From NCBI RefSeq assembly GCF_001194135.2, contig NC_069003.1, positions 34,279,888 to 34,343,887 on the forward strand: a stretch of DNA of 64,000 bases, in the 5' to 3' direction. Position 1 is the stretch's first letter. Every line of letters starts with the position of its first letter. The notes under the pieces were generated by a model. It did no database searches and was not told the origin of the DNA. It saw only the letters and a program-made list of their open reading frames with translations. Made by a program: the position numbers and the translations under genes. Shown here piece by piece: positions 12,901 through 27,800 of the stretch. Source of the DNA: Octopus bimaculoides (taxonomy: Eukaryota).

Positions 12901-15810
12901 AGTAGAAGCTTCCACTTCTGATGCTTTACCCAAAGTAGATATCAATGAATTAAAAGTGGATAAGCCAGGTGAGTTTAAGAATTTCTAACTAAAGAATATT
13001 GGAAATAATTTGGACTTTCAAAATTAAGTTTCTACTTGTTAGTATTGAAATAATTGAAGAAAAATTTGGGGCCATTTTTTAGAATTTTAACATTTTACTT
13101 CCTTGCTTCGGTGGAGAAATTGTTCATGGAGTAAATTTGTTTTCTGTTTTGTTTATTTTTCCTGCTGAATGCCCTTCTAATTGTTAACTTCTTAATTCTC
13201 AGAGATGCAATTATTTTCTCTTTCTTCCAGGCGTGCAATGTTTCCCACAAAGAGCTGCATTATTAAAATCTATGTTAAATTTTTTGAAGAAAGCTATTCC
13301 AGATAGCTCCTTTTCAGAAAGCATCAGGCATTGTAAGTTTAATAATGGCTTTTTTTTTTTTTTTGTCCATATTTACCTGCAATATTTCAAGATTCAGTTA
13401 AATTTACAAATATCCTTCCTTGTACTATTTGATCCCTCAACACTTTTAACTCGATGGGCTAACGATGTCTCACTGACAACTTCATTGGTTACAACAATGA
13501 GGGTTGCAGTTGATCTGATCGACCAAACAGCCTGCTCATGAACATGTAAGTCTAATATGAATGTAATCATTTCGGCAAATACTATAGGAAGGGCATCCAG
13601 CCATAGAATCCATACCGAAACAGGCAAATGAGGCCTGGTGCAGCCCTCCATCTTGCCAGCTCCTGTCAAACCATTCAACCCATGCCAGCATGGAAGATGG
13701 ACGTTAAATGAACTTTAGGAGTACTCCAGTCTTATTGGACCTCTTCAGCCATCCATGCTTATGTAATGCTGATGAAAGAATCCCTAAATAGTGGAATATC
13801 ATAAAACATCTGCTCTTTAATTTGTAAATAAATTTTACAAAAACCCCAAAAAATTAAGATATTTGTTTCACTTTCACTTTCTTGCATCTCGTTTCACTTT
13901 CTTGCGTCTCTTTTCATTTTCAGTAATGGATGGTTCTTTACCACAGTCTCTCAAGCATATTATAAGCAATGCTGAATATTACGGACCATCTTTATTTTTG
14001 TTAGGTGAGTAGCATTTGGCTGATTCCTGTTTAGTTCTTGGGTTAAATCTCCTCTTTACCGAATGTCTGTTAAATAGCACCAAGGTAGCCTCTAATAATG
14101 TTTCTATTTTCTTTCTTAGCTACTGATGTTGTCACAGTGTTTGTGTTTCAAGAACCGTCCTTGCTGTCATCTCTCCAAGACAATGGCCTAACTGATGTTG
14201 TTCTTCATGCTCTCTTGACCAAAGATGTAAGATTTTTCAGGCATTTTATTGCTGTGGTTGTTGTTATGAAGAATATTTGAATTAACTTTTTCTTTTACCT
14301 TTCCTTGTTTCTCTGTGTGTGTGGTTCAAAATTTCTCAAAATCTTGTAGAACCATTCTAGAATATTTATTTTGCTACTGATCTTGTGGCTGATGCTGCTA
14401 AGTTCTACCAAAATTCTTCAGATTTATGTCCATTCTTTGAAACCTAGCTAACTTTTTTTTTTCTTTTCTTCCTCTTTTTGCACTATTTACTTTTTCACAA
14501 GAGTCTTGTAAATAATTTGTCTGTTGCAGGTCCCAGCAACACGTGAAGTTCTTGCAGCTTTACCAAACGTTTTTAGTGCACTTTGCCTGAATGCAAGAGG
14601 CCTCGAGGCTTTTGTTCAGTGTCGGCCATTTGACAGACTATTTAAAGTTCTTCTTTCTCAAGACTATCTACCAGCAATGCGGCGCCGCAGAAGTTCTGAT
14701 CCATTTGGTAAATATTTCTTGATTGTTCTGATTACCAATTTCCCCTATATCCCTACATTATTGAGACCTGTGTATATGTAGCTGTGTGTAGCATGATATC
14801 ACCGTCTTTTAGGGACATTATGAATATTTCTGTATACGATCCGGTCAATAAATATGGTAAATGTGTATTTCAGGAGATACTGCCAGTAATTTGGGCAATG
14901 CTATGGATGAATTAATGCGACATCAGCCTTCTTTGAGAACAGATGCCACCAAAGCTACCATAAAGGTTTGTCATACTTGAATAATACGTTATTTTCCTTA
15001 ATGAATTAATTATTATGCTAGTCAAGTATCAATTGTGAAATCTCGAAATTTATTATTGAGTGCCTGGTATAAAATAAATTTCTACTGGAATTGTGTTTGT
15101 TTTACTTTCAGCTATTAGAAGAAGTTTGTGCAATGGGCCGAGATATGAAGTATATGTGTCAAAAACCCCAACCAAAAGCTGAGCAATCGCAGAATGCTTC
15201 GCCTCGATCACCTCAACCGCCTGATGGCGGTGGCTCTTCAGATGAGGATGAAGACGATGATGATATGGCAAGCACTGCAAGTCAAAGTAGTGGTGCAAAG
15301 CAGCTCTTAGCTTCTGAACAGGCACAGTGAGTTAAATTTATTATTTTTTTTTTTAATTAAAGTTTACTGGTTTTGAATTAATGACTTGGATGCAGGCATT
15401 GGTTATGCAATTAAAATGTTTGCAAGTATGTTACTGCATGGCACCATAACTTAGCTGTTTGGCAAACGAGACCGATAGAATAAGTACTAGGCTTACAAAG
15501 AATGTCCTAGGATTGATTTCTTTGACTGAAAAAAAAAAAAAACCCCTTTAATGGGATTGCTCCAACATAGCCGCAGTCACATGACTGAAGCGAGTAAAAG
15601 AATAAAACAGTAGAAAGCCGTTGGATAATTTTTAATTTAAAACTATATTAATAAAGTGGTAAATGATTGGGTTTGCACCAGAAGGCTGAATTTAGTCAAG
15701 TGTATGTTGTTAACTGCCTATTGTGGAACTATGGCGTGAAAATTTCATTACCAGTATTAAGTTTGTTCTTTCTCCCTCTCTTTCTTTCTCTCTTTCTCTC
15801 TATCTCTTTC

Positions 15811-15848
<38 letters not shown>

Positions 15849-18800
15849 CACCTCTCTCTCTCCACCTCTCTCTTATCTAGCTTGTTTTTCATATTGAATT
15901 TCTCTTTTCATTTTTAGAAATTCCCAAGAAAGACTTGCAATCCCTCTCATAGACTATATTTTGAATGTAGTAAGTATATTTCTTTGTCTTATGTGGTATT
16001 TGTAAATCTTAAAGGATTGTTATATTGTTCAGAAACTGGGGTTCCGCCGTCAGGATTTGTAAGCTTAAAGCAAGCATATTAAAATAAAATAATTATTGCT
16101 TTAATTTCCATCTATTTAACGAGTGAATATTAAAATGTTATTTCAGATGAAATTTGTGGAAGCTATCCTCAGCAATAATACAACAGATGATCATTGTCGT
16201 GAATTTGTTACACAGAAAGGTCTCACCCCTCTGATGGGAATTTTAGGTCTTCCAAATCTCCCAATTGATTTTCCTACATCCCCTGCATGTCAGGCAGTGG
16301 CTAGTGTCTGCAAATCCATCTTGGTAAGTATTATTAATTAGTGCTTTAGTATCTTTAAAAAAAAAAAAATCTTTTTACCAGCAGTTTCTGTTGACAGCTC
16401 TTGGTCCCATGTTATTGAAACTTTCTTTGTTTCATTTAATGCCCGTTTTCTGTGCTAGCGTGGCTCAGATGGAAGTAAGTTTTTGATTTCCAATGTTTTC
16501 TCATTTCAATTTTGCAGACTTTATCACGAGAGCCACAAGTGTTGAAACAAGGTCTCCTTCGTTTGAATGAAGTATTAGAAAGTTTAGAAAACTTCCACAA
16601 GCCATTGCCTCGTCCAGGTGGTTCTCTCCTCCTTCGAGAACTTGCCTTAGCTGCCAACATTCCTGATGCTATCTACTGCCCTCAAGCCACACCTCTATTA
16701 CACTCCTTATCTGCTGCTCATGCATACGTGATGATGTTTGTTCATGTCTGCCGAATGGGACAGGTAGGACTAACACTAATTTGTGCTTTCCCTTCTTGTT
16801 AGTTTTAATATTGTAGCCTCTGTAATATCCATGGTTTGTATGTTTCCATTCTCTTCAAATTGGATTGCCTTTATAATTAAACTCCCCTCATTCAAAGCAG
16901 AAGTCCATTAAAGATTTGTTTTTGCAACTAAGAAAAAATTTTAAGTAATTCACAAGTAATGTGTCTTGGATTTGTGAGAATGTAAGATAAAGTGGGATTG
17001 ATTTAATCAATTACTCCATCTTCACCATTTTGCCAACTTTGTGCCCTTATTTTGTTTTTCTGGTCTTATGGCCTTCTTTTATTGTTTTCTTTCTTCTTTT
17101 CTTTCCAGAGTGATATTCGAACTATTTCAGTGAGTCACTGGGGTTCTGAACTGGGGCTGCAAGTCTTGACTGGACTTAGCCGTCTTTATTGCTCTCTTGT
17201 GTGGGAGAGCACAGTGTTACTGGCTCTCTGCACGGAAGACATGTTGCCTGCAGATTGTGAATTTGGCCGAGCTGACTTGGAGAAACTAATGCCAAAAGAT
17301 GTCAAAGGTGATAAGGATGAAAAGACTACATCTGAGGGTGGTAATTCTGCGTCTGGTAGTGGGGGCATGACTGCTGCTGGCCTCAAGCATAGCACAGATG
17401 AAATGGGAAGTAATGGAGTGAGTGCTGCTCTTGAATCCCTTACTACTTCCGAAAGCCAAGAAACACCAATGGAGACAAATGAGGTAAACAGCTTAGAAAA
17501 GGAATCCAAGAAGTCCAAATTGTGTCCAACTTTACAAGCTCAAGTGAAACAGCTGAAACCATTGTTATCGGTGACCTCTCGACTCGGTCGAGCCCTTGCC
17601 GAACTGTTCAGTTTATTAGTAAAGTTGTGTGTTGGGACCCCTGTGCGACAGCGCCGCAGCCACCAGATGCCAGCCACGCCCACCAATCCTACTCCTGCTG
17701 CTCAGGCTGTAGCGAAAGCCCTAATGAAACTGTTGGCTAATGCTTTCAGTTGGACACCACCTCCAAGTTCTCCTGTGCCTAAATTGAGGTTAACATTCCT
17801 CGTTTGCTGTGTTGGTTTCCTCTCTCCGATGCTATTTGATGACAAAAAGTTGCCCTATCACTTAATGTTGCAGAAATTTCTATCTTCAGGAGCACAAGCA
17901 GCATTTTTTGAGTAAGTACAAATTTTTTAAATTTTTTTTATATAGTCTTCCCTTCTAAAATTAATTTAAGCTTAAAGTTTAAGAAACTGTATTTATGAAA
18001 TTGTTTTAATTAGTTCAGTTTTTGAAAATGTGATAGGCAGTTGCTTTGATTTTCATCGATGCTAATGTTCTTTGACTTTAAGAGATGTGGGAATATGTGA
18101 CATTCTTGCTATTCCCAATAACATAATTAGCAATAAAAGAAAAATACTAATGACTGGCCCCTGTGCCAGTGGCATGTAAAAAAGCACCCACTACACTCTC
18201 GGAGTGGTTGGCGTTAGGAAGGGCATCCAGCTGTAGAAACTCTGCCAAATCAGATTAGAGCCTGGTGTAGCCATCGGGTTTTACCAGTCCTCAGCCAAAC
18301 TGTCCAACCCATGCCAGCATGGAAAGCGGATGTTAAACGATGATGATGACAGAAGATTGAAATGCAATGCCAGAATCTTTGGCATTGAATAATTTCCATC
18401 TAAGAATTGCAAAACTGAGAGAATCGACCTGATATAACTTTTCTTTATTAACATAAAATTGTTCAGTTGATTCCAGGTGAAACTGTTGTAATAACTATAT
18501 ATAACTGTTGTAACACTGAAGGAACTAATTTATTTCTATTGATCCTGTGATCACTGGTTGAAGACATGACTTCTATGTGGTGTGGTGGTTCGTAGTGGTG
18601 CGCATAGTTGATTTATTTATTATAAACACCTCCTGTCAGTCTCATTACAAGATAGTTTTCTCTTGAATGTCTTTTCAGTTCTTTCAACTGGGCTCTTTCT
18701 ATGAGAGGCAAGTGTCCTGCTTCTGAAGGTCTTGAACACCCAGACCTTCCAGGTAAGCCGTATTCTTTTGAATTATCAGGGTTTTTTGTATGGCTGCTGG

Positions 18801-21800
18801 ATTGGTTTTTTATTCCAGTAATTTTGTTGTATGTTTTCGCTTAAAAATAAAATTCAGTTTTAATATTCGATAAAAGAAACAAATTTTATTATATTATTAC
18901 ACATTGCAAGAACTCATATGAGAATTGTTACACTTCATATTCACATTCAGTCTTGCATTGGAAATTGGTAGCTAGTTCCGTTGATTTCAGGAAACTATTG
19001 CAATGATCCAATAACTGAAAATTATCTTTTTATGTTTTTGCATTTAACACATTTTGACCTTTATTTTGGTCAAAATGGAAGATTTTCTTGCCTTCAGAAC
19101 TAAAGATTTCTGATGTAATATTTTGAATTAATTACTTGCCATCAGATTAGAAAAGGAGATTGACTCATTCAGAACACGTGTTTAAATACAAAGAATTTAT
19201 CAAAAGAAGCTAGTTTCTTCATACAAACTGGATGTTAGATTATTAAAGATTTGAACGAAATTTTCTGTTGAAGCTCTTTGGATTTAAAATATTGCATATC
19301 AGATGATACACAATGTTCTTTTATTGATACCGTAAGGTATTTCAAATGTGTTCAAATATTACCAATTTCTCCAATCATTTGGGAAATGAGTTTTCAATTA
19401 TTCATCTCAATTCTATGTGCAGAAGGAACTGGAGAATTTCTTGATGCTTGGTTAATGCTGGTTGAAAAGATGGTGAACCCTAAAACTGTTACTGAATCCC
19501 CACATGTCCTTCCTGCCAAATCCAGCCAACCAGGGTTCGTTCCATTCAGTCCTGTCCAGTATTTGATAACAACACAAAAGGTAAATGTTTCCCCTTTTCA
19601 TTTAATCTTTGACAATTATATTAACAATAATAAAGGAGCTAATTTCAGATGATGGAAACCTGATAATCTTGATGTTCAATTTGCTTTAATTTTCCATTTG
19701 TTAGGCTGCTTTTAATGCTGTGATGAATCTTTGGAGAAGAAAACCCCTAAAAACCTATGGCAGCCGTATGTCAGAATCTATGTTGGCCATTTTGTGCCAC
19801 ATTATTAAAGGAGAAAGCATTATAAAGGTAAGGTTTCAAAAGAAAATTATTTGAAAGTCTTTGACTTTTTAATCCTTCAGTATTCAGATTAATCTGTCAA
19901 ATGCAACCTTTCTCTGTTCACATTGTTGTGAATTAATCTTGCGTTATCTGATAGCTTCAAGATTTTTATGTAATTATTTTTAGAATGACATTGTAGGGTA
20001 GGTGTGATGGGTTAGATCTGGCTGGTTTGAACATAAAATGGTAGAATATATGATTGGATACAGCTAGTTTAAGTGTTAAAGGGTTGATTTATGCCATTAT
20101 CAAATCCATTTTGGGGGAACTTGTGTATATACTTGCATGTGTTTTGACAATTGAACTTCTTGTATGGTTAATATTTAAAAATGATATAAGTTGGAATAGT
20201 TTACATAAAATCAAGATCATTTAGCACAAAATATTAAATTGGAAATAATTGATTCATTTTGCACATTTAAAATGGTACTTCAACTGGTCTTTTGAAGACT
20301 GAAGCTTGAAGAGAGAATTTGTGCTTTTATTTTGGATCTGAATTTCTTCCTTTCTGTTGGAAGACCGGTTTATTGAAGAATTTCTTTTGTTTCTCCAGGA
20401 GCAGTTGGCAAAAGAAAAAGAAGCTACTGAAAATGCTGCTTCTACTTCCGCTGTTGATGGTAAAGGAAGAAGGGAAGAACCAGAAGTTAATCAGAATCAT
20501 TTACAACAGGTCTGTACTGTTTGTTTTTTGTTGTAGGTTGATTTGTTTTGGGAATAACTGATAGAAATGTCAGCTGATTTCAGGTGGTAGGAATTTGGTA
20601 TTGTGTGTGTGCAGTAGACAGTTGGTGGAATCTCAGGCAGATTGCCAGCAGGTTAGGCTCTAAAGATGTTGAATGCGTATTAGTGTTGCATGAGGAGTGC
20701 TTCTGAAAGGAAGTCTTTGCACTGCTCAGGTGGCTCAATAATTATATAGGGGGTAGTTTATCTTTGTAATCTAATTACTTTTAGTTAGGTGTGGAGGAAG
20801 GAACTGTAACGCGACATCGTTCACTAACCCTCCAAGATCATTGAGGTCAGAGCTGACAACATTTCCTTTCAACAGTTGGTAGAAATCCTTTTGATAGGCC
20901 AAAAGAAGAATGGTTATAGTTTGTGAGATGAGGGAACTTACTAGTTGTGTAATCCATGGTTCAGATGCTGTTCTTATACAAATTACAAAGCTAAGTTAGA
21001 GCAGTTATATATTCTTAGAATTGTTTGAGCAATTTTCTTAACATTATTTTGTTCAGTAATCGTAATTATTTTAATATGTCATTATATATACTTCGTTTTG
21101 ATTGATCTATTTTTTTTCTTTTTCTATTTGTTTTTTTTTTTCTCTCTCAGCTGGTAGATATGGGCTTCAGCCGTGAACATGCCATGGAGTCATTACTTCA
21201 TACTGTGACCTTAGAGCAGGCCACTGATTACATACTTACAAATATGCCACCGTCAATGACTGCTGGTGTAAGTAGTTCTCTTATATCTAATGTAAGTAAC
21301 AATTCTTTCTTATTCTTTCCATTTTGCAAGTGTTGATGTGGACAAAACATTATTGTAGAAGTGTTGTTTTGATATAGAAAAACCAGTATTTTGCAGGTAT
21401 TGTTTTTGATATAGACAAATCAACACGTATTACTTAGAGATGTTGAATGCAGCTTGTTTTTCAATATTTACGTAACTCTGAAGAGACATTTGATACGTTG
21501 GGTGGTCTAACGTGCTCTAGTTTTATAAATACAAGAAACTAATTTAGTTTTCAGCTGTGTGGGTTCAAATCCTATCAAGGCTGACCTGGGTTTGGTATTA
21601 AAAAAAAAAAAGCCCAGATAAGTTGATCAAATTCAGATCTAGTAGGGATTGAACTCACAACAGCATGTTTGACAATGGTTTGATGGATATTGGTTTTTAG
21701 TTCACATCATGTCTGGCCAGCAAGGCTCTAAAAGATAATCTCTTACCTTCTAGCAGAATTCGGATAAACTCCAAAGGCGTGATTTGTTGATTGGGAGAAG

Positions 21801-24800
21801 AAAATTAAAAGTTGATAAAACTTAAATTAGAAATAATAGTAATTGGAAACCTAGTATTTTCATTCTGTTTTGTCACATAATTGTGGCTGACCACACTACC
21901 TCATAGCTGTCTCATTCACTGTAGCATGTGTTTCTGTGTGGGCAACGACAGAAGCTACCATCTTCAGCATTATTCAAATATCAGGTCTGCAGCATTCAAC
22001 CCATTCTGACATTAAAAAAAGAAAACAAAAACAAAACTAAAGCAATATATGTGAAAATTTAATTCTATTATAACAGAATATTTAACCTTTTCCATAACAC
22101 TAAAAAATCATTCAGTGATTCTTCAGGTTTATATTGTTTGTTTTTTTTGTTTTTTTTTCAGCAAAGTCTAGATATGGAAATGTCTGAAGAAGATCAGATG
22201 CTCAGAGCAATCGCTATGTCTTTAGGAGAGAATGTTGTTATGTCAACTGATCAGGTAAAGTCAAGTTTTGTAACTAAAAAGACTAACATATTCACACGTC
22301 TCACTTACAGTGTCTTCATACCTTAGCAGAACAATGTCTATTTTTACCCTACAGACAGCTACAAACTGCATTTAAAGAAGACCAGGAAGGAATTAATTCC
22401 TTGAATTCATTACAACTAAGACAGGAATTAAAATGTATAGGTTTAACAGTCAAGGAATTAATTTCCTTCTAACTTGGATCAGAAGACGTGATAGTTAAAT
22501 GAGTAAAAATAAACCTTTAAGATTGAATAATTTTTACCAAGAATATGGCAGAAGCAGTAAATCTCAATACCTAGTCCTTGGTGATGTGGTGGTGCTAATG
22601 CATCAGTAAGTTGATTTTCTGCCATGCATCTGATTACCAGATGTGGAAGGCCATTCATATAAATTGTTCTTTTGGCTTGGAATTATTATATTATGCAAAA
22701 TAGTCATTATGTAAAGTAGCATATTATTTGATAGAAACATTTCAAAGGCAAAAAAATTCATTTTGCAAACTTGCTTTGTTTCTAGGAGGAAAGTAAGAAA
22801 AAGGAAGAAAAATCCTCTGAGCCAGAAGATGAAAACCAACAAGCAGAAGATCCTTTAGATTCCTCTGTACTGGCAGATTTCTCTGCCAATGCATTACCAG
22901 GATGTTTGTCACTGCTCGACAAGTTACCAGAAACAGTGTATAGGATTTGTGACCTTGTCCTTGTAGTGTCACAGTATGCTGGAGATGAACTTAGGAAAAA
23001 GATGCTGCAAACCTTGACCAGTGAGGTGAGTTAACCCTTTTGTTGCTGTAATTTTGTTTTAACCCCTTCAGCATTTAAATCAGCCGTACCTGGCCCAAAT
23101 ATTGTTTTATCTTCAAACTGGCTAAATTCATCCTCCGCACACTTACTATACAATGTCATTTTAAACCATTACATTACCAAAATCTCAAAGTTGTAAAATA
23201 ATTCATGGTTATTTCACAGCAATGTGAATAAATGAGAATTACATTTGACAGAGAAATCTGAATGCTAAAGGATTAAATATATTGCTTTGCTTTCAATTAC
23301 TTTGAAAGTAATGAAGAATTAAGTAAAATGACTTGTCCTTGTGAAGCTGGTTTTGGAACAAATTGACATGGAAGTTTTGCTGGAAGGTTTTAATACAGGA
23401 AGTTTGTATCATAGTCAAGGCCAGTCCCAGGTGGATTGGTATGAAAAGGGTTAATGTGTTGCTGGCTGTAGTTGTTAGTTTTGTCAATGTAGGGTCTACA
23501 TCTACTTCTGGTTTACATTTGAGACATTACTTGTGCCATGTCTTGCATATCTCATGCATGTTACAGTTATCTCAGAAGAAAGATATTGTAATAGGGTTGA
23601 AAGTACCTTGTACATATATATAAGATTGGTTAAATGTAAGATTTTAAGGCTTTTAAGTTCTACCACTCGTGAGGTTAAATGTTGTCCTTCAGCAAGAGAT
23701 TTGGCTCCAGGTATTACAACGCATCTTGCACACCTGTGTAGCCAACCTGTTTAAAGACAAACTAAACAACCATGTTTACAGGGTTATATGTATAAAATAG
23801 AATTTTTTTTTTTCCTTTTTAAATCCCTTTTAATTTTTTTCAATTTAGATTTTCCAACTTGGTGAGAAAATTTCTCGGGATGTCCGATCAGCTAACAGCA
23901 TGAAATGTGAAGATGTAAAGCTGGTTTTAGAATCTCAAGAAACTACAGCTTTTGGTGCCAGGCTTCATTTGTTGAGCCTTCTTTGTGAGGTAAAAAATCT
24001 GCTGCTATTTCAGTATTTCTTTTCCCCCAATCCTGTTGATTTCTGTTCTTTTTGGCTATTGCTCCAATGACCATACTCTGTGTGTGTGTGTGTCTTTTAT
24101 TCTTTTCCGTCATTTGACTGTGGCCATGCTGGAGCACCGCCTTTAGTTGAACAAGTCAGCCCCAGGACTTATTCTTTGTAAGCCTAGTACTTATCCTTTC
24201 GGTCTCCTTTGCCAAACCAGTAAGTTACAGGGATGTAAACACATCAACATTGCTTTGGTCAGCCCGAGGCTATAGTGGAAGACACTTGTCCAAGGTTCCA
24301 CGCAGTGGGACTGAACTTGGAACCATGTGATTGGTAAGCAAGCTACTTACCACACAGCCATTCCTGTGCCTATATATTTATTTATTTATTTATTTATGTA
24401 TGATATACATTGAAAATAACACTATTTCTTGCAGGAGGTGATGATCCCAACAGCCAGAGTAATTCAGGATAGCAATATTGTATGTCTGCTAGTAGATGTA
24501 TTGGAAGGAACTCAGGAATACTTAGCTCAGTCTAAAGAATCTATCAGTCTCAAGTAAGTAGTTATTTTTTTGTTGTTGTTTTTTTTAAAATTTCTACAGA
24601 AGATTAAATTTTTTGGCACACATCACCATCATTGTCATTTTGATATCCGCTTCTCGATGGGTTGGATGGAATGTGTTTAGAGGAATTGGTTACTGTCAGA
24701 TGCCCTTCCTGTCACCAACTGTCACCCGTTGTCAAGTAAGGTGTTATTTCCCTATATTTCTGCAAAGAAATATTGGGTGACAAAGGGCCTCATTTGCTTG

Positions 24801-27800
24801 ATGATGACACCCACAACTATCAAGTGATGTGAAGACAAGGTAACAGTAACACGCCTATGTAACAGGCTTGTTTCAGTTTCCATCTTCCTACATCCACTCA
24901 CAAGGCTTTTGTAGCTCTGGGGCCCTAGTGGGAAACAACTACTCAAGATATCATGCACTGGAATTGAACGTGAAGCCATGTAGTTGGGAAGCAAACTTCT
25001 TACCACACAGCCACTCCTGCATCTCCACTAAATGCTACCTAAAAGTATCTTCTAAATAGGATTTCATTTTCTCTCCACTCTTCATGTCTTTTGTAACTGG
25101 TTCTAGTACTAATTGGGCATATTTTTTGTTCTTTATTGAAGAATCTCGTGTGTGCAGATGAATGTTTGGAATGTCATTTGCACACACAAGGGGTTGCTGA
25201 AAAATTCCTGGCTTTGAGTAAACATCCCAAGCAATTACCTGTGTGTGTGTGTATATAATTATATACACGTTTTGCAACCACATGGTTTTTAAGTTCACTC
25301 CTACTTCATGGCACCTTGAGCAAGTGTCTTCTATTGCCTTGGACCAACCAATGTCTTGTGAGCAAATTATAACGGTAAACGATGCCACACTTGTCACAAT
25401 TAAACAATGTGATTAATGAAGAATGTAAAATTCAAACTCAGTTTTCTTCAGTTGCTGCAGCAATTCAATATTTCAGGATTTACATTATAAATCAGCTGTA
25501 TTTTAATATTAGTATAATAATTGTGAGAAAATCGAGTTAACTTATAAAAAAAATATGGATTGTCTTTTTCTAGATGGATGGCACCTCTTCTTCTCCTTTT
25601 GGATTTATATGAAAAAGTAGCTGTGATATCCAAACGCAAGACCGAAGCTGAAATTTTATTGGTAAAGGATTTTGGGTTTTATTTATTGTTTTAAAAGTTC
25701 TAACCAATTTATAAGTAGGGAACTGTTTTAATATCTTAGAAATGTAAATGACAGACGACGAGATGAGATTCTGCACAGAAAAGCAAAGCCACGTGTTATA
25801 AATTGTTTCCTCTTTTATTGGCTGCAGCATTGTACTGTGGCCATGCTGGGGCTCTACCTTTTAAAAGTTTTAGTCAGTCATACAAAGCTCAGTGCTTTAG
25901 TCTGGTGCTTGCTTTATTGATGTTTGTTGAACTGCTAAGTAATGAGACATTGTGGTACAGTGTAAGCAACAAATGTTCTCGTACTAGTGTAAATACACAC
26001 ATGCATGTGATAATTGTAATTTTATCTCTGTCTTAATAATTATTTATCTATTTTTTTTTTTTTTTTTTTTTTGGTAAGATAATTGCTTTTAAACTCAAAC
26101 CATGCTGGAAGTCTATTTGTACCTTACGTTATTAATCTCAAGGTACATTTGTATCTTGCGATTAATAAAACAAGCACCAGTAATATTGATTCAGCTAATA
26201 ATATCCCTCATTTTAAAGAGGCCTTACCCTTAACGAAAAGAAATCCCTATTCATTCATAATCGACAGGATTATCTTAGAAAAATTAAGGAAACATTGAAA
26301 GTCTACAACATGAATAAAGGGTCCAAAACTCTAAACCTTTTTTTTCTCTTTGCAGGCTAATTGTCACACTTGGAAATGGTTTGATGATCGGAGTGGGCGC
26401 TGGTGTAATTACAGTGTGAGCAACAACAAAACAATCGATGTAGCCTATCGACGTGGTGAATCTAGTGTAAAGTACGTAGCGCTCCAAATTATTTGATATA
26501 TGTCGGAATAAATATATTGAATTTAAATTGGATCACCTTATTAAACCTAGAACATTTGACATACACAAAGTACTTTGGTTTACTGTAGTTTCTGGCATGC
26601 AAGTTGACATAGTATATATAGAGTAAAGATTAATTGTGACTATCTTTCTAAATCCTGCTTTATCTCAAGGAATTTCTAGTCCCCCACAAATCATCTAGCT
26701 ATATAAGTTGACCTAACCTTTTTTTTTTTTTTTTACTATAAATTTTGGCCTGAAAAATTCAACTCCTATACCAGAAAATACAGTGCTTGCAAACCCTTTT
26801 CTTTGAATAACCATAAATCTTTACTCATTTAAACATTCTTGGCTGATTTCATCTTGTCTCCCTGCTCCCCTAGCAATCTGTATTCCCTTCCTCCCTTTGC
26901 TCTCTCTCTCTCTAAACCGTCTCTCAGGTTGAGTGGATTTTATCAAAAACCTTTTATTTTTCAGATTTCAAGCTGGNNNNNNNNNNNNNNNNNNNNNNNN
27001 NNNNNNNNNNNNNNNNNNNNNNNNNNNNNNNNNNNNNNNNNNNNNNNNNNNNNNNNNNNNNNNNNNNNNNNNNNNNNNNNNNNNNNNNNNNNNNNNNNNN
27101 NNNNNNNNNNNNNNNNNNNNNNNNNNNNNNNNNNNNNNNNNNNNNNNNNNNNNNNNNNNNNNNNNNNNNNNNNNNNNNNNNNNNNNNNNNNNNNNNNNNN
27201 NNNNNNNNNNNNNNNNNNNNNNNNNNNNNNNNNNNNNNNNNNNNNNNNNNNNNNNNNNNNNNNNNNNNNNNNNNNNNNNNNNNNNNNNNNNNNNNNNNNN
27301 NNNNNNNNNNNNNNNNNNNNNNNNNNNNNNNNNNNNNNNNNNNNNNNNNNNNNNNNNNNNNNNNNNNNNNNNNNNNNNNNNNNNNNNNNNNNNNNNNNNN
27401 NNNNNNNNNNNNNNNNNNNNNNNNNNNNNNNNNNNNNNNNNNNNNNNNNNNNNNNNNNNNNNNNNNNNNNNNNNNNNNNNNNNNNNNNNNNNNNNNNNNN
27501 NNNNNNNNNNNNNNNNNNNNNNNNNNNNNNNNNNNNNNNNNNNNNNNNNNNNNNNNTAACATTAATGAAGTTAATAACTTCTAATTGCCAAAATATCACA
27601 TAATTCAAATATATAATTGGGTGTTTGTATGCAATAATTGATGGTTTTTATAATTAAAATGAAACTGTTTAGTGAAATTAAACAAATACTTTGTAATTAA
27701 AATTTTTTATAAGGAATTTTCATATTAAGTGAAATTAGCATTTGAGGTTGATTAAATAACTCTTCAACTGGTCATCTCCTGTCAAACCATCCAACCCATG

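Noticed and set aside
17186-17518. Minus-strand ORFs (also 52296-52586, 52740-53000, 4741-5034)
   Set aside because: Antisense shadows of real HUWE1 exons
20876-20926. cag/TTGGTAGAAATC resembling the start of the UBA exon (possible mutually exclusive exon)
   Set aside because: Similarity is only about four codons, then a stop, and there is no phase-0 donor
21885-22015. Hairpin, ACAGAA (H-box-like) and ACA near poly-A suggesting an H/ACA snoRNA
   Set aside because: Second hairpin does not fold convincingly
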